Of a stretch of 64,000 nucleotides of DNA, positions 39,201 to 51,764 are shown one piece after another (position 1 is the stretch's first letter; each line of letters begins with the position of its first letter). The stretch is from Utricularia gibba (taxonomy: Eukaryota; Plantae; Magnoliophyta). Made by a program: the position numbers and the translations under genes. The DNA is taken from positions 1,674,001 to 1,738,000 of the forward strand of contig NEEC01000017.1 in NCBI GenBank assembly GCA_002189035.1, read 5' to 3'. The notes below the pieces were generated by a model. It was not told the origin of the DNA. It did no database searches and saw nothing but the letters and a program-made list of their open reading frames with translations.

Positions 39201-42200
39201 TTGCCACCAAAGATGTGCTCTGCAGAAAATGTAGGGCGGATACTTTTCTTTTCCTGCCAGGAAATAATAAAACCCTTATCCAAGGTGTTGGAGATTGAAG
39301 CATAAAAAATGAACCCTTATACCACGATATACCAAGAAGGAAAAAGTAAATAAACATTATGAAAAAATATTACAAAATTTAGAACAAGTAAGGATCAAAT
39401 TACAATCAAAATAAGATTGAACTTCATATCACAATACTGGATGGATGAAGACACGTGTTTTATTATACAGATTAAAAAGAAAGATAATTCAAACCGTGAA
39501 ACTTTTATTGAAGGTTCTGATCTTTGATGTACTCTCTCTAATGGCAAATTCTCCGTCAGTTGACCAGACAACCTCCAATGCAGAGCCAAATGATTTGTTT
39601 CTCCATGCCACAGCAGTGCATATTGAGTATTCCCCATCTCCACATACGACAACAAATCTGCCATTGGGGTTGTGCTTCAAGTTCTACAAAAAAAAAAAAA
39701 AAAATATCAATCAAAAAAGCTAATGATGACTATCGACAAAGTAGAAGAGACATTGAGAGAAAAACTCCCAATTACAATAATGCACTTGCTACGAGTTGAG
39801 TACACAGATATACCACAAGGAAATGAAACACTACTTCGCATCTACAAAAACCATGGGGATAGAAACTACATTGTATTTCGTGAATAGTGGAGAAAATAAC
39901 CTGAGGATAAATGTCACAAGTTGCCAAATCCTTAACAGCCAACGGCAGCCTTTCTCCATCTGAAACCTATGAAACTATGAAGTCAGATAATTCAAAATGT
40001 CTCGTAAATCCGAATGAACTAGTACCTCATAATCTGAACCAACGCTCTTGATGTTTACAGCTTGAATTTCATTGTGTTTAGCCCAAATAATTTTCCCACT
40101 GTTGTCCATGCTAGCAATGGGCACTTCCCGACCAAGTTTTACCATGATTGTGCCTTCATCATAACCAATTACAATCCTGAAAATAAAGGAATAATCGCAA
40201 CTAATGTTATTCAATTCCATGGAGTGTAATTGTCAAATATTGCATCATTTTTAGAAGTCATAGTCAGCAATGAGCCACGGATTCTGTCATGCTTCCTTGC
40301 TAAATAGGTGATTTTCGAAGTTTTAAGGATGCCTACCGTCTTGAACCTTTTAGGTAACCAATCGCCCAAACTCTTTCAAGACCATAATTCAAAGTGTTCT
40401 CGTTCCTGCATGGCACCATATAACTCATTTAAACTAAGTACCACAAAAAGAGAAGTATAAAACCATCAAGTAGTGACAGATGGATAGGGAACAAGGACAG
40501 AAAAAAAAAACTGAAACACAAAAATAAACAGATAATACTAAATAATGTCACTGCTTTTAAAAAAAATATGAATAACTTCTAGATGGCCAAAAAGGTGGGT
40601 ATATTGTCAGTGAGTCTCGTCCCTAAAGACCTCACCTATATGTTGTAGCATGCCATATGCGCACCGTGCCATCCTCTGATCCAGTTATTATAATGGGAAG
40701 CTCAGGATGGAAACAAACAGCAGATATATTGTGTGTGTGGCCTTCTAATGTTTGAACACAACTCTTTGTCTGATAATCCCAAACCTGCATTACATGCATT
40801 CTTGCATATTTAGAGTTCAAATAGGGACACTCAAATTATGACAAAAGGAAAAATAAAAAAAAAAAACGATAGGAAAAACCTTAGCAGTATGATCATCTGA
40901 ACCCGTTATCAAATACGGTTTGTCCCCACCAGTAAAGTAATCAACACAATTGACTCCCTTCACATGTGCATCTAGTGTAAAATTGGGATCAGGGGAGCCA
41001 AGGTTCCAAATCTACAATACAGCAATTCAGAGCATCCAGTTTGAGAAAAGATCAAGCATACCTTCGAACCTTGACTAAAACAAAAAATATGTTCCGCACC
41101 TTAATGGTGCGATCAAGAGATGCACTTGCGAAGGTGTTCGTATCCTTAGGATTAAACGTCACTTGCATGACATAATGGGAGTGACCCTCGAATATTTGTG
41201 TGCATGCCCATCCCTTTTCCCAATCCCAAAGCTTTATGAGCATGTCATCTGACGATGACAGTACATAGGGAAGAGTGGGATGTACAGCCACACATCGTAT
41301 ATAATCTGTATGAGCCTCAAAAACTTTGACCTTATCCATTGTATTGTAATTGTACACACGGATATGCATGTCATCAGCACCGGCAACCACCCACTGCTTT
41401 CGTGCAACAAATTTTGCTGATCTAACTGAGGTATTAAACAGCAAATATTAGTACTTCTTCAGACTATAAAATGATGATGCATTATACATGAAAAACTAAA
41501 AAGACACATCACCAGGAAGTTCTGTGACCTCGAATGATTTCACCATTGCCTGAATCAGATGAAATACCTTAGTAACGACTAATGAAAATAAATATAACAA
41601 ACTTTACAGTTAAAGGACAAAAGGAACATATGCGCGCATTCTCGGTCACAAAACTACAAAGATATGATTAACTTTGACTCAGCATTCACTTACACTCCTC
41701 AATAGAACGTAATGAGAAAGTGTGAAGAAAATTGTGACTGATAAACGAAATGCTTATATAGTTCACAGACTGAACACAATCAGCTAAAAACTAGGAAAAA
41801 TTAATCCCATTACAAGACGAATTACATTTTGTGGATGCATACTGAAGAAAGTGCTATCAAAGATGGACGTGGGACTGTATATATCAATTTTCAGTGATGA
41901 GTACAAATCTGATAGTAATTGATTACCTGGGTCTGAAGGTTCCAGATGCAAACTGTACCTGAATACATGCTTGCCAATATCCTGTTACAAAAATCATACC
42001 ACAATGACGCAATGAAAATTCATGAAGGAGCACCAATGCAAGGTGTAGGTAATATGAATCACTAATTTAATTTCCGGGATGGATCATAAGTTTCAGAGAC
42101 GCTGGTAACATTACGATGAAAATCTTGAGCAACCACAAATTAACTGAAGCATACCATGGCTCTGTAGGATGCAGATCCACAGATTTCACTCGTTCTGATC

Positions 42201-42564
42201 TCTGAGCAAATTTTCTCTGAAAAAATAAAGTCAGAGGCTCAGTCTCTGCGGCTGCGAAAGAGAGAAGAATAATCCAACCACAAGCAATCATGAAAACAGA
42301 TGAATGTTACCTTGATATCCAGTCTAAGCGGCTGCGAAACAGAAAAAAAAAAAACAATCAGAAAAAACCACGTGAGCAAACCATAAAACATTTCCAGATC
42401 TCAAAAGAACAGTGAACATCAACGCTACAAAAATGCCCCCTATTGCCAACACTCCTAGAAGCAACACCGAATCTCGAAACCCCAAAATCCCCAAAACCAC
42501 CAGATCTGAAACGCGATGGAAAAAAAATGGATAAATCACCAGAAGCGAGTAGTTGACTGACCAT
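36259..42564 (-). CDS. Coatomer subunit beta' (WD40), about 24 exons; alternative last exon at 35824-35843
   Basis: An ATG-only first exon (42562-42564), a 21-nt exon PLRLDIK, then [21 protein letters not shown], the WD40 repeats ([27 protein letters not shown]), [16 protein letters not shown] and [17 protein letters not shown]. Confidence 0.95.
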
Positions 42565-43460
42565 TTTCGACGAACAACAAATTGATCAACCGCAGAACCG
42601 CGGAGATCAGAGTCGAAGAACAGATGCGGAGGGGAATGCAATCTTCAGAGGAGATCAAGAGAGAGAAACTGCGCGTACATGAGCGAAAGGGCGTTGAAGT
42701 AAGGTTGTACCAAGTTCTGTGCCCGCTCCTGCAGGGCAATACCGGAATATAAAAAACGAAATATTAAAAAAAAGTGAACTTTATTTCCAACTAGTTTTTT
42801 TTTTTAAAAAAATGTATTTTTCAATTATTTAAATATAAAGGTAATTGAAGGCCAAAAAAAACATAGGTTCAATTACCCCCTAATTGTTGAATTTCCAAAA
42901 AACCCTTTGCATCACATTTATGATTTATCTAAATCCAAATAAATCAAAACCTTTTTATTCTAATTCCATAAACCCTAAACACAAAATTGATGGGATTAAT
43001 TGTTATTATCTCAGTAATTAAAGATGTGTTTAGTAATTTATTTAAAATTTTATTTATATGATTTAAAATAAAATACAATTTATGGATTTAAATTTAAAAT
43101 ACGTTTATTAAATGAAAAATTAATATAAAACACACTCTTTTGGTTATTTCAATGCACACATATAAGAGGTATAAATTTATCTAAAATCATTTATAAATTA
43201 AAATGTCGATTCTTTAAAAAAATTATTACAAAACATTCATATTAAATAAAATATAATTCAAAATGTTTCACTACATATTGGGCTTAAATGTTGTGGGCTA
43301 CTGAGTTTTGTTTGTGGGCCTCGAGACCTGTGGCCCAAACAATGCCGTTACATTCATCTTCCCCGCGCAAGAATTGGCGGGAGGATGGCATCAGAATAGG
43401 GCTGCTCCTGCCTGCAACAAACGACGATTGATCACTCCATTCTTCAGCTTAATCATCAAG

Positions 43461-46400
43461 ATGCCCAAATACAGAATTAGGGGAATCAATGTAGATTTCC
43501 CCTTCGATGCCTACGATTGCCAGCTTGTGTACATGGAAAAAGTCATCGAATCACTCCAAACGGTATAAAGATTTTAAATTTATTTTCTTCTGTTGCTGTT
43601 TCTTCTTTCTTTTGATGTTGAAATATTCAGATTTCAGTTATTGTTTGCATTTGGAGCACATTTCTAGCAATATCATCCCGTGTCCTAGGGGCAGTTAAAT
43701 AAAAAATTCTCTTTGTCTTCCAGAATCCCTAGCAAAAGATTCCATTTTTGTGTTCATTGAAATGAGTATTGCATGATTTATGAATTTGAAAATCTGGTTA
43801 ATTGGGTAAGTGTTTCGTCCATGGCTGTTTCTCGATGTTATTTTTTCATTTGATTATGATGTAGCCTTACATACTCCTGTACTGGAACAGCGATCTAATG
43901 CACTCCTAGAGAGTCCAACTGGAACAGGAAAGACACTGTGTCTTTTATGTGCCACGTTAGCATGGAGAAGAAGTCTTGGGGAGTTCTCAAGAGGTGGAAG
44001 GCAGAAACGTGATACTAAGGGAAGTCAGAATATGGATGACGATGAGCTTCCTATGTCACAATCTTCTGAATTTCCCACCATAATTTACACCTCGCGCACT
44101 CACAGCCAGATTAAGCAAGTAATACAAGAGTTAAAGAGGACCAACTACAGGTCAGGTTCGTTCCACTATTGGGCTTTTTTGACTGGTATCTGCCTCTGTA
44201 ACTCATTTCATTGATTGAGTGTTTTCGATTCCAGCTGCATGATCAGTTGAATTTGGTGGAGTCTTGCACCATAAATAATTATGCATACTGTCACTAATCC
44301 ATTGAAAATTACGTGGAAGTTAGATAGTTTAGCTGGTGCCTTATTTTTTCTATCATTGTATTTTTTTAATTCAATGCATTTCCGGTTATCTTGCTTCTAA
44401 TGGGTAGGTATCTATCCCGTTTTTGACGAGGGTTGTTGACTAAAAGTTAAAAATTGTGTAAAATCAAGGCCCCGGATGACGGTATTGGGATCTCGAGAGC
44501 AGTTATGTATTCATGAGGAAGTGAGTTTACTTCATGGAAAAGCACAAACAAGTGCTTGCCAGGCTCTGTGTAAAAAGCGTACCAAAAAATATTGCCGTCA
44601 TGTTTTGCGTGTTACAGGTATGAGTTTAGGAGAGTTCGTTATCATATGAAAATGTAACTTTGATTCAAGATACACTTACTATCACTGTGATTATTTAGTT
44701 GATGAGTATTATGACGTGTCATGGTTCTTATGCGAAATAATTGGCATGTGTATTTCATAAAAAATATCTCTCTTCCTGCTTTGCAGAATTTTTAAATACC
44801 AATTGTTCTATTGGAGATGATCCGGTTGATATAGAAGACTTGATGAACCTAGGAAGAAGCTCTGGAGCGTATGTTTGAAGGATATCTATCCTGTTACTCT
44901 AAATTCTACTAACTATGACCTTCTCTTACGATTTGCTTTCTAAGTTCAGATGCCCTTATTACCTTTCACGGGAGCTCCACAAGGATGCTGATATTATATT
45001 TTCTCCTTACAACTATCTTATTGATCGTGACAACCGTAAAACTCTCAAAGATATTTGGAATGATAGCATCCTTATTTTTGATGAGGCTCATAACTTGGTA
45101 AGCATTAAAATATACATTTCATACACATACTCTGAAGTCTGTTTTTGCTTGTCTTAACTTCTTTTGATTATGCTGTATGTTATTCACTAAAAGCTATATG
45201 GATAATAGTGCATTAGGTTTTCCTAATGAATAGTCATCAAGTGTCATCGTTGAAAATTCCAGGAAAGTCTTTGTGCTGATGCAGCTTCCTTTGATCTGCC
45301 CTCAAGTCTCCTGTTATCATGCATTTCAGAAGCTAAAAAGTGTGCTGATCTTGCTGCTCGTAGGCATGAAAGGGCAGAAGATGGATCTTGTAATCCAGAT
45401 AATTTTGCTATTCTAAGAGGTATTTTATTGTGTTTTGTCCTTCCCTTTAATCATCCCCCATTTCTGCTACTTGGAGGACACGCAAAACTCCACAATTATA
45501 CTGTTTATTTTTCATATTTTTGCAGCACTTCTTCTGAAGTTTGAAAGGAGAATTAATGAGATACAAATTGAGTCGAAAGAACATGGTTTCACAAGGCCCG
45601 GTCCTTATATTTATGAGTTATTAGCAGAATTGAATATAACCCAAGACACTGTGAATATGCTGATTGACACCATTCAGGAAGGATGCAAAATTCTTGAGGA
45701 AGGTAATCTCTGAAGCAGTTATTTCATTCCATTAGTCTCATAAAAAACCAGTCTCGTTTTTTGAGTTAATCTACACCTTAGTTTTACTGTTTCGTTGAAA
45801 AAAATACACTGGCATTTGAATGGATAAACCACTAGTATGTTACTTTCATTTATGTATTTGTTGGAGCTATGACTCATAAAAATAACAAGGTTCTCATTGT
45901 CTAATTGAAGAATTGAAGAAATTCTGTACTTTTGTTTCTCCGCGTGCACCATTACTTAGCTGATTCCTCATGTTTCTGTATTCCAGAGACGAAAATTGGT
46001 GAAATGGAGGGTTCGCATAAAGCTACTGGTGCTATTTCTCGGCTGCAAAGCATTGCAGATATTTTTCAACTGATTTTCAGGGACAAGACCAATAGCCATG
46101 CTCAATACTACCGTGTGAGTCATGAATGTATTGATATAACGCATTTGAAGTTTGATATGGTATCTTGTATGGTATTTCAGTATCTGCATTTGACAGGTTC
46201 ATGTCCAGGAAGTTGAAGCTAGTGCTACAGATGTCTTTAGAGGTAGGCCATTGACTGCATCTAGATTAAAAGACAAATGGACCTGCATGTTTCTTAGTAA
46301 AAATTATTTTATCTTGTTTCTGTTTGTGCTGGATCACTTGTTTCATACAATCCACCATAATACAAGGGTAACTCAAGTATATTTTGCGTGGTCTCTTTTA

Positions 46401-49400
46401 CATCATCTTTATGCTGAAAATGTTTGGTTCTATGGACCATGTTTTATTTTTTGGACTAAAGTTTGCACTCTAGGGCTTAAATAGGACTTGGCATTGGTCA
46501 TTGATCGTTTCTTTGCATGATTAGCCTCATATGATGAAATCACAGGAATGCAGTGATGTTGTTTCGCCGGTTTGATATCAAATTTTCAAACTTAGTATTG
46601 TGCTTGGAAGAATGTAGGATATGTCTCTTAAGATGCTGATCATTTGAGCATCCATTATGTTGAAATAGGTAAATCTTCTAGGATTCTCAGCTGGTGGTGC
46701 TTCAATCCTGGGATTGCGATGGAGGAATTTTCCAAACTAGGTGTTGGCTCAATTATCCTGACATCCGGAACACTATCACCAATGGAATCATTTGCCCAAG
46801 AATTGAAACTGTTAGTTGCTGTAAGTCTACAATGCTGCTTCTTGAAACTGTGCTAATTATACGTGCGCTTCCCCCTCTTGGTTACAGGGACTTCCCCATC
46901 CGGCTTGAAAATCCACATGTAATATCAGACAATCAGATATGGGCTGGAGTTGCACCTGTAGGACCATCTGGTTATTCTTTTAATTCTTCATTTCGAAGTC
47001 GTGATACAGCTGAGTACAAACTGGAACTTGGTAATGCAATAGGTATGCTATAGCCCCCAGGTTATACTGGGATTTGAAAGGGATAATGCTTATCAGCTCT
47101 GTTGTATGTTGTATGGTATGAAAAATTTACGATTTTTAACTGCATTCTTCCTTTCTTTCAGTGAATTTTGCTCGAATTGTCCCTGATGGCCTGCTTGTAT
47201 TCTTTCCATCTTACTACATTTTGGATCGGTGCATCAGCTTCTGGAAAACTGAGGTAAGCACCGGATCATGCCTGGTTGAAGAGTTGATTGTAAACCTGAG
47301 TTTCTGTATTTTTCATGATCTTCGAAATGTTCCAGAGTTCAACCAATTCATCCTCAATCTGGGAAAGGATACGCAAGCTTAAGTTACCTGTTGTGGAGCC
47401 CAGGGAAACTTCTCTTTTTCCTGTGGCAGTTGATGTAATCAGCTAAACTCTGAAGTATTTATCTACGCTTTGCCGTGTTAGTATTACTACTAATATTAAT
47501 TGCCTTCCCTGTTTTCCAGGAATATATGAAAGAGTTGAAGAACAAATCTTCAGGAGCAGTTTTTTTTGCTGTGTGCCGGGGAAAGGTATGGATAGTGTCT
47601 TCACAGTGACTATCTTTTTCATGTTGTATACTGGTATTGCATTCCGATTTCCATGTGAGATGCTAAGGGCACTTTCTTCTAGGCATCAGATTGCCATCAT
47701 TCCCTGGCTGAGAAAGGGACTTGCATGTTTCATTGCTATAGGCATCATTTTGAATTTCAATTGGACTAGAGGACGTGCCATCAGAGGAACAATGTTTTTC
47801 CATTTATACTACAGGCAAGTGAAGGATTGGATTTTGCTGATCATGCTGGTAGAGCTGTGGTGGTCACTGGGCTACCATTTGCTGCTGCCTATGACCCGAA
47901 GGTTAATATTCCGTTTGCTTCTTGTATATTTTTTGATACTTAACCATAGCCTTAGTGAAAAGCATAATATCTCCTCTCCTGTGCCTAGAGGATGAGCTTG
48001 CTTCAGGGTATTTATATTCCACCAAGTGCTTAAATTGACTTAGGCGAATGAAGCAGAACTTTTGTTATGTTTATGCATTTGAATATGCAACAACTTCATT
48101 TCATGTTAACTGCTGGATGCAGGTTCGCTTGAAGCGTGAATATTTGGATCAGCAAACACAGTCCCAAAAAACTACATACCAGGTAACATGCATGTTATCA
48201 AATATTATACAAAGATAACTTGAATACCATACACTGTGAAACTTGACGTCTTTGCAGTATAAAAGCCTAACGGGAGAAGAGTGGTACTCTCAACAAGCAT
48301 CAAGGGCTGTCAATCAGGCTGTGGGCCGTGTAATTCGGCATAGGCATGATTATGGAGCAATTGTTTTTTGTGATGAGAGGTGCTCACCATGCATTACTTT
48401 GTCTTAAACTTCTGCTGTTTTTTTTTTTTTTTTTTTTTTTTTTGTGTGCGTGTTCTTCACTCAGATGATTTCCTAGCCCTCGTGCTACTTGGTCGAAAAC
48501 TACGGTTTTGTGCATAATTGGGATAGTGTGAACGCATGTTTGCTGCATGTTATTTTTTTTCTTCTTTGAATAGGTTTACACACGCCAACAAGCAATCTCA
48601 AGTGTCATCATGGATTAGACCTCATATCAAGGTAACCGTCTAGGTAGTTGTCCTTCTCTTCCTGTTTGTTTTCTTTCTAGTTTTTCTATCTCTCACTTCA
48701 TCAGAATCCTATCTCCAGAGTTACACCAACTTCGGCGATGTAGTTTACACATTGACTAAATTTTTTCGAGAAAGTGGAACTAAGATCCCAGTGAAGCCTG
48801 AAGCAATCAAAAATGAAATTCAGGGTACTGCTTCTGGAACCTTTTATATGCCATGATTTTCTTATATAATGCTGCTCCTTCTGCTTATTATGTTATGAGA
48901 AATCATGGTTTTTTGCAACATTCTCAAGGCAATGCAGGTGATAGTACAAGGACATTGCACTTTAGCTCTATATTTCGTTCATGAAAACCTCTAGACTAAG
49001 AGACTTGTATGTTTGTGGCAGAGCATTCAAGAAAACCTCTAGTCTTCCAAGATGTAGACAATTACATTGAAAAACCTCTCCTACAGATGGGTGTGACAGA
49101 TGCAGCACATTCCTCTGTGCTTCAATCCTCTAGTGTACAAGTGAAGCAAACGGTTATTTCCAGCCATTTAAAGGAGATTGTTCCTGCAAATCGTTCATCT
49201 GTGGCATCCCAAAGGTCCTTTAGTGGTTCATTATTTAAGAGCTCTGAGGCAGAACCGCAATCTTCCAGTGACAGTAAACGCCATTTTCTGGCTGCACCCT
49301 TTTTAGTGAAGAAACGCAAGCTGCTAGCAAGTGTTCCTGAGAAGTCAAAAACCGGTGAAGCTTTTGATCATGGCATGAAAGCCTCAGAGAAAAACGTTGG

Positions 49401-49988
49401 TGAGATTCCCAAAAAACCTCATGGTGCTGCGAACGAGACAACTCCAAATAGAGTCGGTGAACCCAAGGATGCTGGGACTGGCAGTAAGGAAGAGATCAAG
49501 GGGTCAGCGTTCCTCTCCCAGGTGAAACATTCATACCACAAGCGCAGTATATTTTCCCTATAAACTGCAGTACAAGTAATCCAGAGAACCTTGTTTTTCG
49601 GCATTGTGTATACTCTTGAATCTCTTATAAGACCTCATGGGATTCAAAATATGATCTTTATTCTTCAAGTTCCTGGTAACCGTTACTACTTGGCAGGTTA
49701 GGAAGAAGCTGAGTGAGGCTGAGTACAGAGAGTTTGTTGACTACCTGAGGGCATTGAAGTCTAAGGAGCAGGGTATAGGACGTGTTCTTGAATCGATATC
49801 AAGATTGTTCTCTGCTCCTGATAGGCTTCCTCTTCTTCACGGGTAAAAAATGTTTTCCTGATTTCTTCGTAGTTCACCTACACACATTCAAGTCAACCTG
49901 TTCACACTTCTGCAGTTTCAAGGACTTTGTTCCTTCCAAGTTCCAAGCGCTGTACGATCGTTTACTGCGCTCAAAACTGAAAACATAA
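43461..49988 (+). CDS. RTEL1: Regulator of telomere elongation helicase 1 (XPD-family Fe-S helicase)
   Basis: [21 protein letters not shown], Walker [18 protein letters not shown], four Fe-S cysteines (QLC, AC, YC, CPYY), [21 protein letters not shown] and a C-terminal harmonin-like helical domain. The exons I checked join in frame. Confidence 0.94.
48418..48443. repeat. Poly-T tract (26 nt) in an RTEL1 intron
   Basis: Read directly from the sequence. Confidence 0.85.
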
Positions 49989-50600
49989 GGCAAGGGACTG
50001 GTTGACTTGCCAGATATCTAGACTAGGGTACACACTGTGAATCGTGTGCCATTAGCTAAGCTTCTCCCTTTTGGGATTGGCTTGAGTCTGAGATACATTC
50101 ATTAATGTAAACAAATCAGCTTGTGCTTTAAAGCCTTGCACAAAAGTATTGAGAATATTTGTTACACAAATTGAATCACAAACTTCCAGGGGTTTTATGG
50201 TATATTTACAGTGGAACAGAATATGAAACATTGACAAAATGTCTGTACATAACTTGAACAATGCATCTCAGAACGTGTATATAATCGCACAAGAAACGAA
50301 CTGAAAACCTGATGAAGAGCATCACGCCCACACAACTGGGTGCAAGCTTTCTCTTTGAAAGGAGCTATTCTTCACCAACCTGTCCATATATCAGCATTTC
50401 CATACCAATTTAGGAGCTAGTCCTCGGAAAATTTGTCAACACAAGACAAAAATAAGAAAAGTAATATAATAAGCAGTCCAAATCAGAAGGTTTCATACAC
50501 AAAATGGATGCGTGAATTATAGCATATTAGTGAATCCCACTAATCTTTTGTTCATACTTCATCCTAAGGCGTTGGCAATTAAAGAAGTTACATGGGTTAC

Positions 50601-51508
50601 CTCAGGATAGCAGCTCTGATGAGAAACAGTATGGTTCTTTGTGTCCACAATGACTTCACAATGGACCTTTGCCTGCAATACAATGGTTTCACATCGAATT
50701 TTTTGCCTTCAATTCACTGAATATGAAATGCTAAGTAAATGAACTCCTACGATATAAAAAAAGAACCACTGATTTCTTGATTCTTTAGCATTAGCAAAAA
50801 AATTCAACCTGTAAGTAAATGAGCTTCTACGGTATTTCTTTAAATGCCATGGGTACATTTCGGATATCAGTGACGCATCAAACTTGAAACTGAAACCGAA
50901 AAATATACCTTCAAAGGAAACCCAATGAATAAAATCCCAATCTTCCCACTGATTTCTGATTCTGTATCAAATGTCACTGAACCTTTAGCTAAATCCTCGA
51001 GCATCAAAACGACGTCGTTCAAAATCTCCACACGATCGAGCACCAGCGTAGCGTTAACATAGGATGTCCTACGCGCCTCCACGAGGCCACTTTCTGATAC
51101 CGCAACTCCCAGACTGTTCCCCCTGTACCCCACCTCGACTACAAGAGAATCGTAATCTAAGGAAAAGAAATTGCGATTCGAGACCTTCACTTTCAGATCG
51201 AGTGTCAGATCAATCGAAAGTTCAGGAACCCGGTGAAAACGGACGCGCTTGAGATGGACGCGGGCAATGGAGATGTTTGGATTGTACGGCCAGAACACGT
51301 AGGCGGCCGCGGCGAGGAACAGAAGAAAAACGGCGAAGCAGAAGAGGCAGCGACGCCCGGTCTTGCTGAGGAGACGGTGGCGCTCCGGAGAAGGGTACGC
51401 CGGTAAAACGACGACGTAATCTCTGTCTCTGCCGGGGAGGAGTAGGTGAGGCTCAGGGAGTAACGGCTGTTGTAACGACGCCGTATCGATGTTTTTTGTG
51501 GTCGTCAT
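50601..51508 (-). CDS. LEA_2 / NHL-like single-pass membrane protein (exons 50909-51508 and 50601-50672; final codons uncertain)
   Basis: Pro-rich N-terminus, a transmembrane segment ending AAYVFWP, V.NRNFFSLDY, LLEDLAKG-like segment, and a second exon AKVHCEVIVDTKNHTVSHQSCYPE followed by a GT donor. Confidence 0.8.
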
Positions 51509-51764
51509 GCTGTTCGCATCTAGGTAAGCTATCTATTACACCAAAAGTAGATGTATATATTCTTTATTTCAATTAAAATAATAATAACATTATTATTATT
51601 ATTATTCCAAAGGTATATCCAAATGATTTTCCATTATTTTGAATAAAAATACATAATCACTCTCTGACCCTTCACTCACAGCAAGCACTCATTCGTCAAA
51701 CAAAAAGGCAACTAACATACAGTGACAGGTAAAGAATCCAACTGCCGTCATCCCTTTCTCGACT

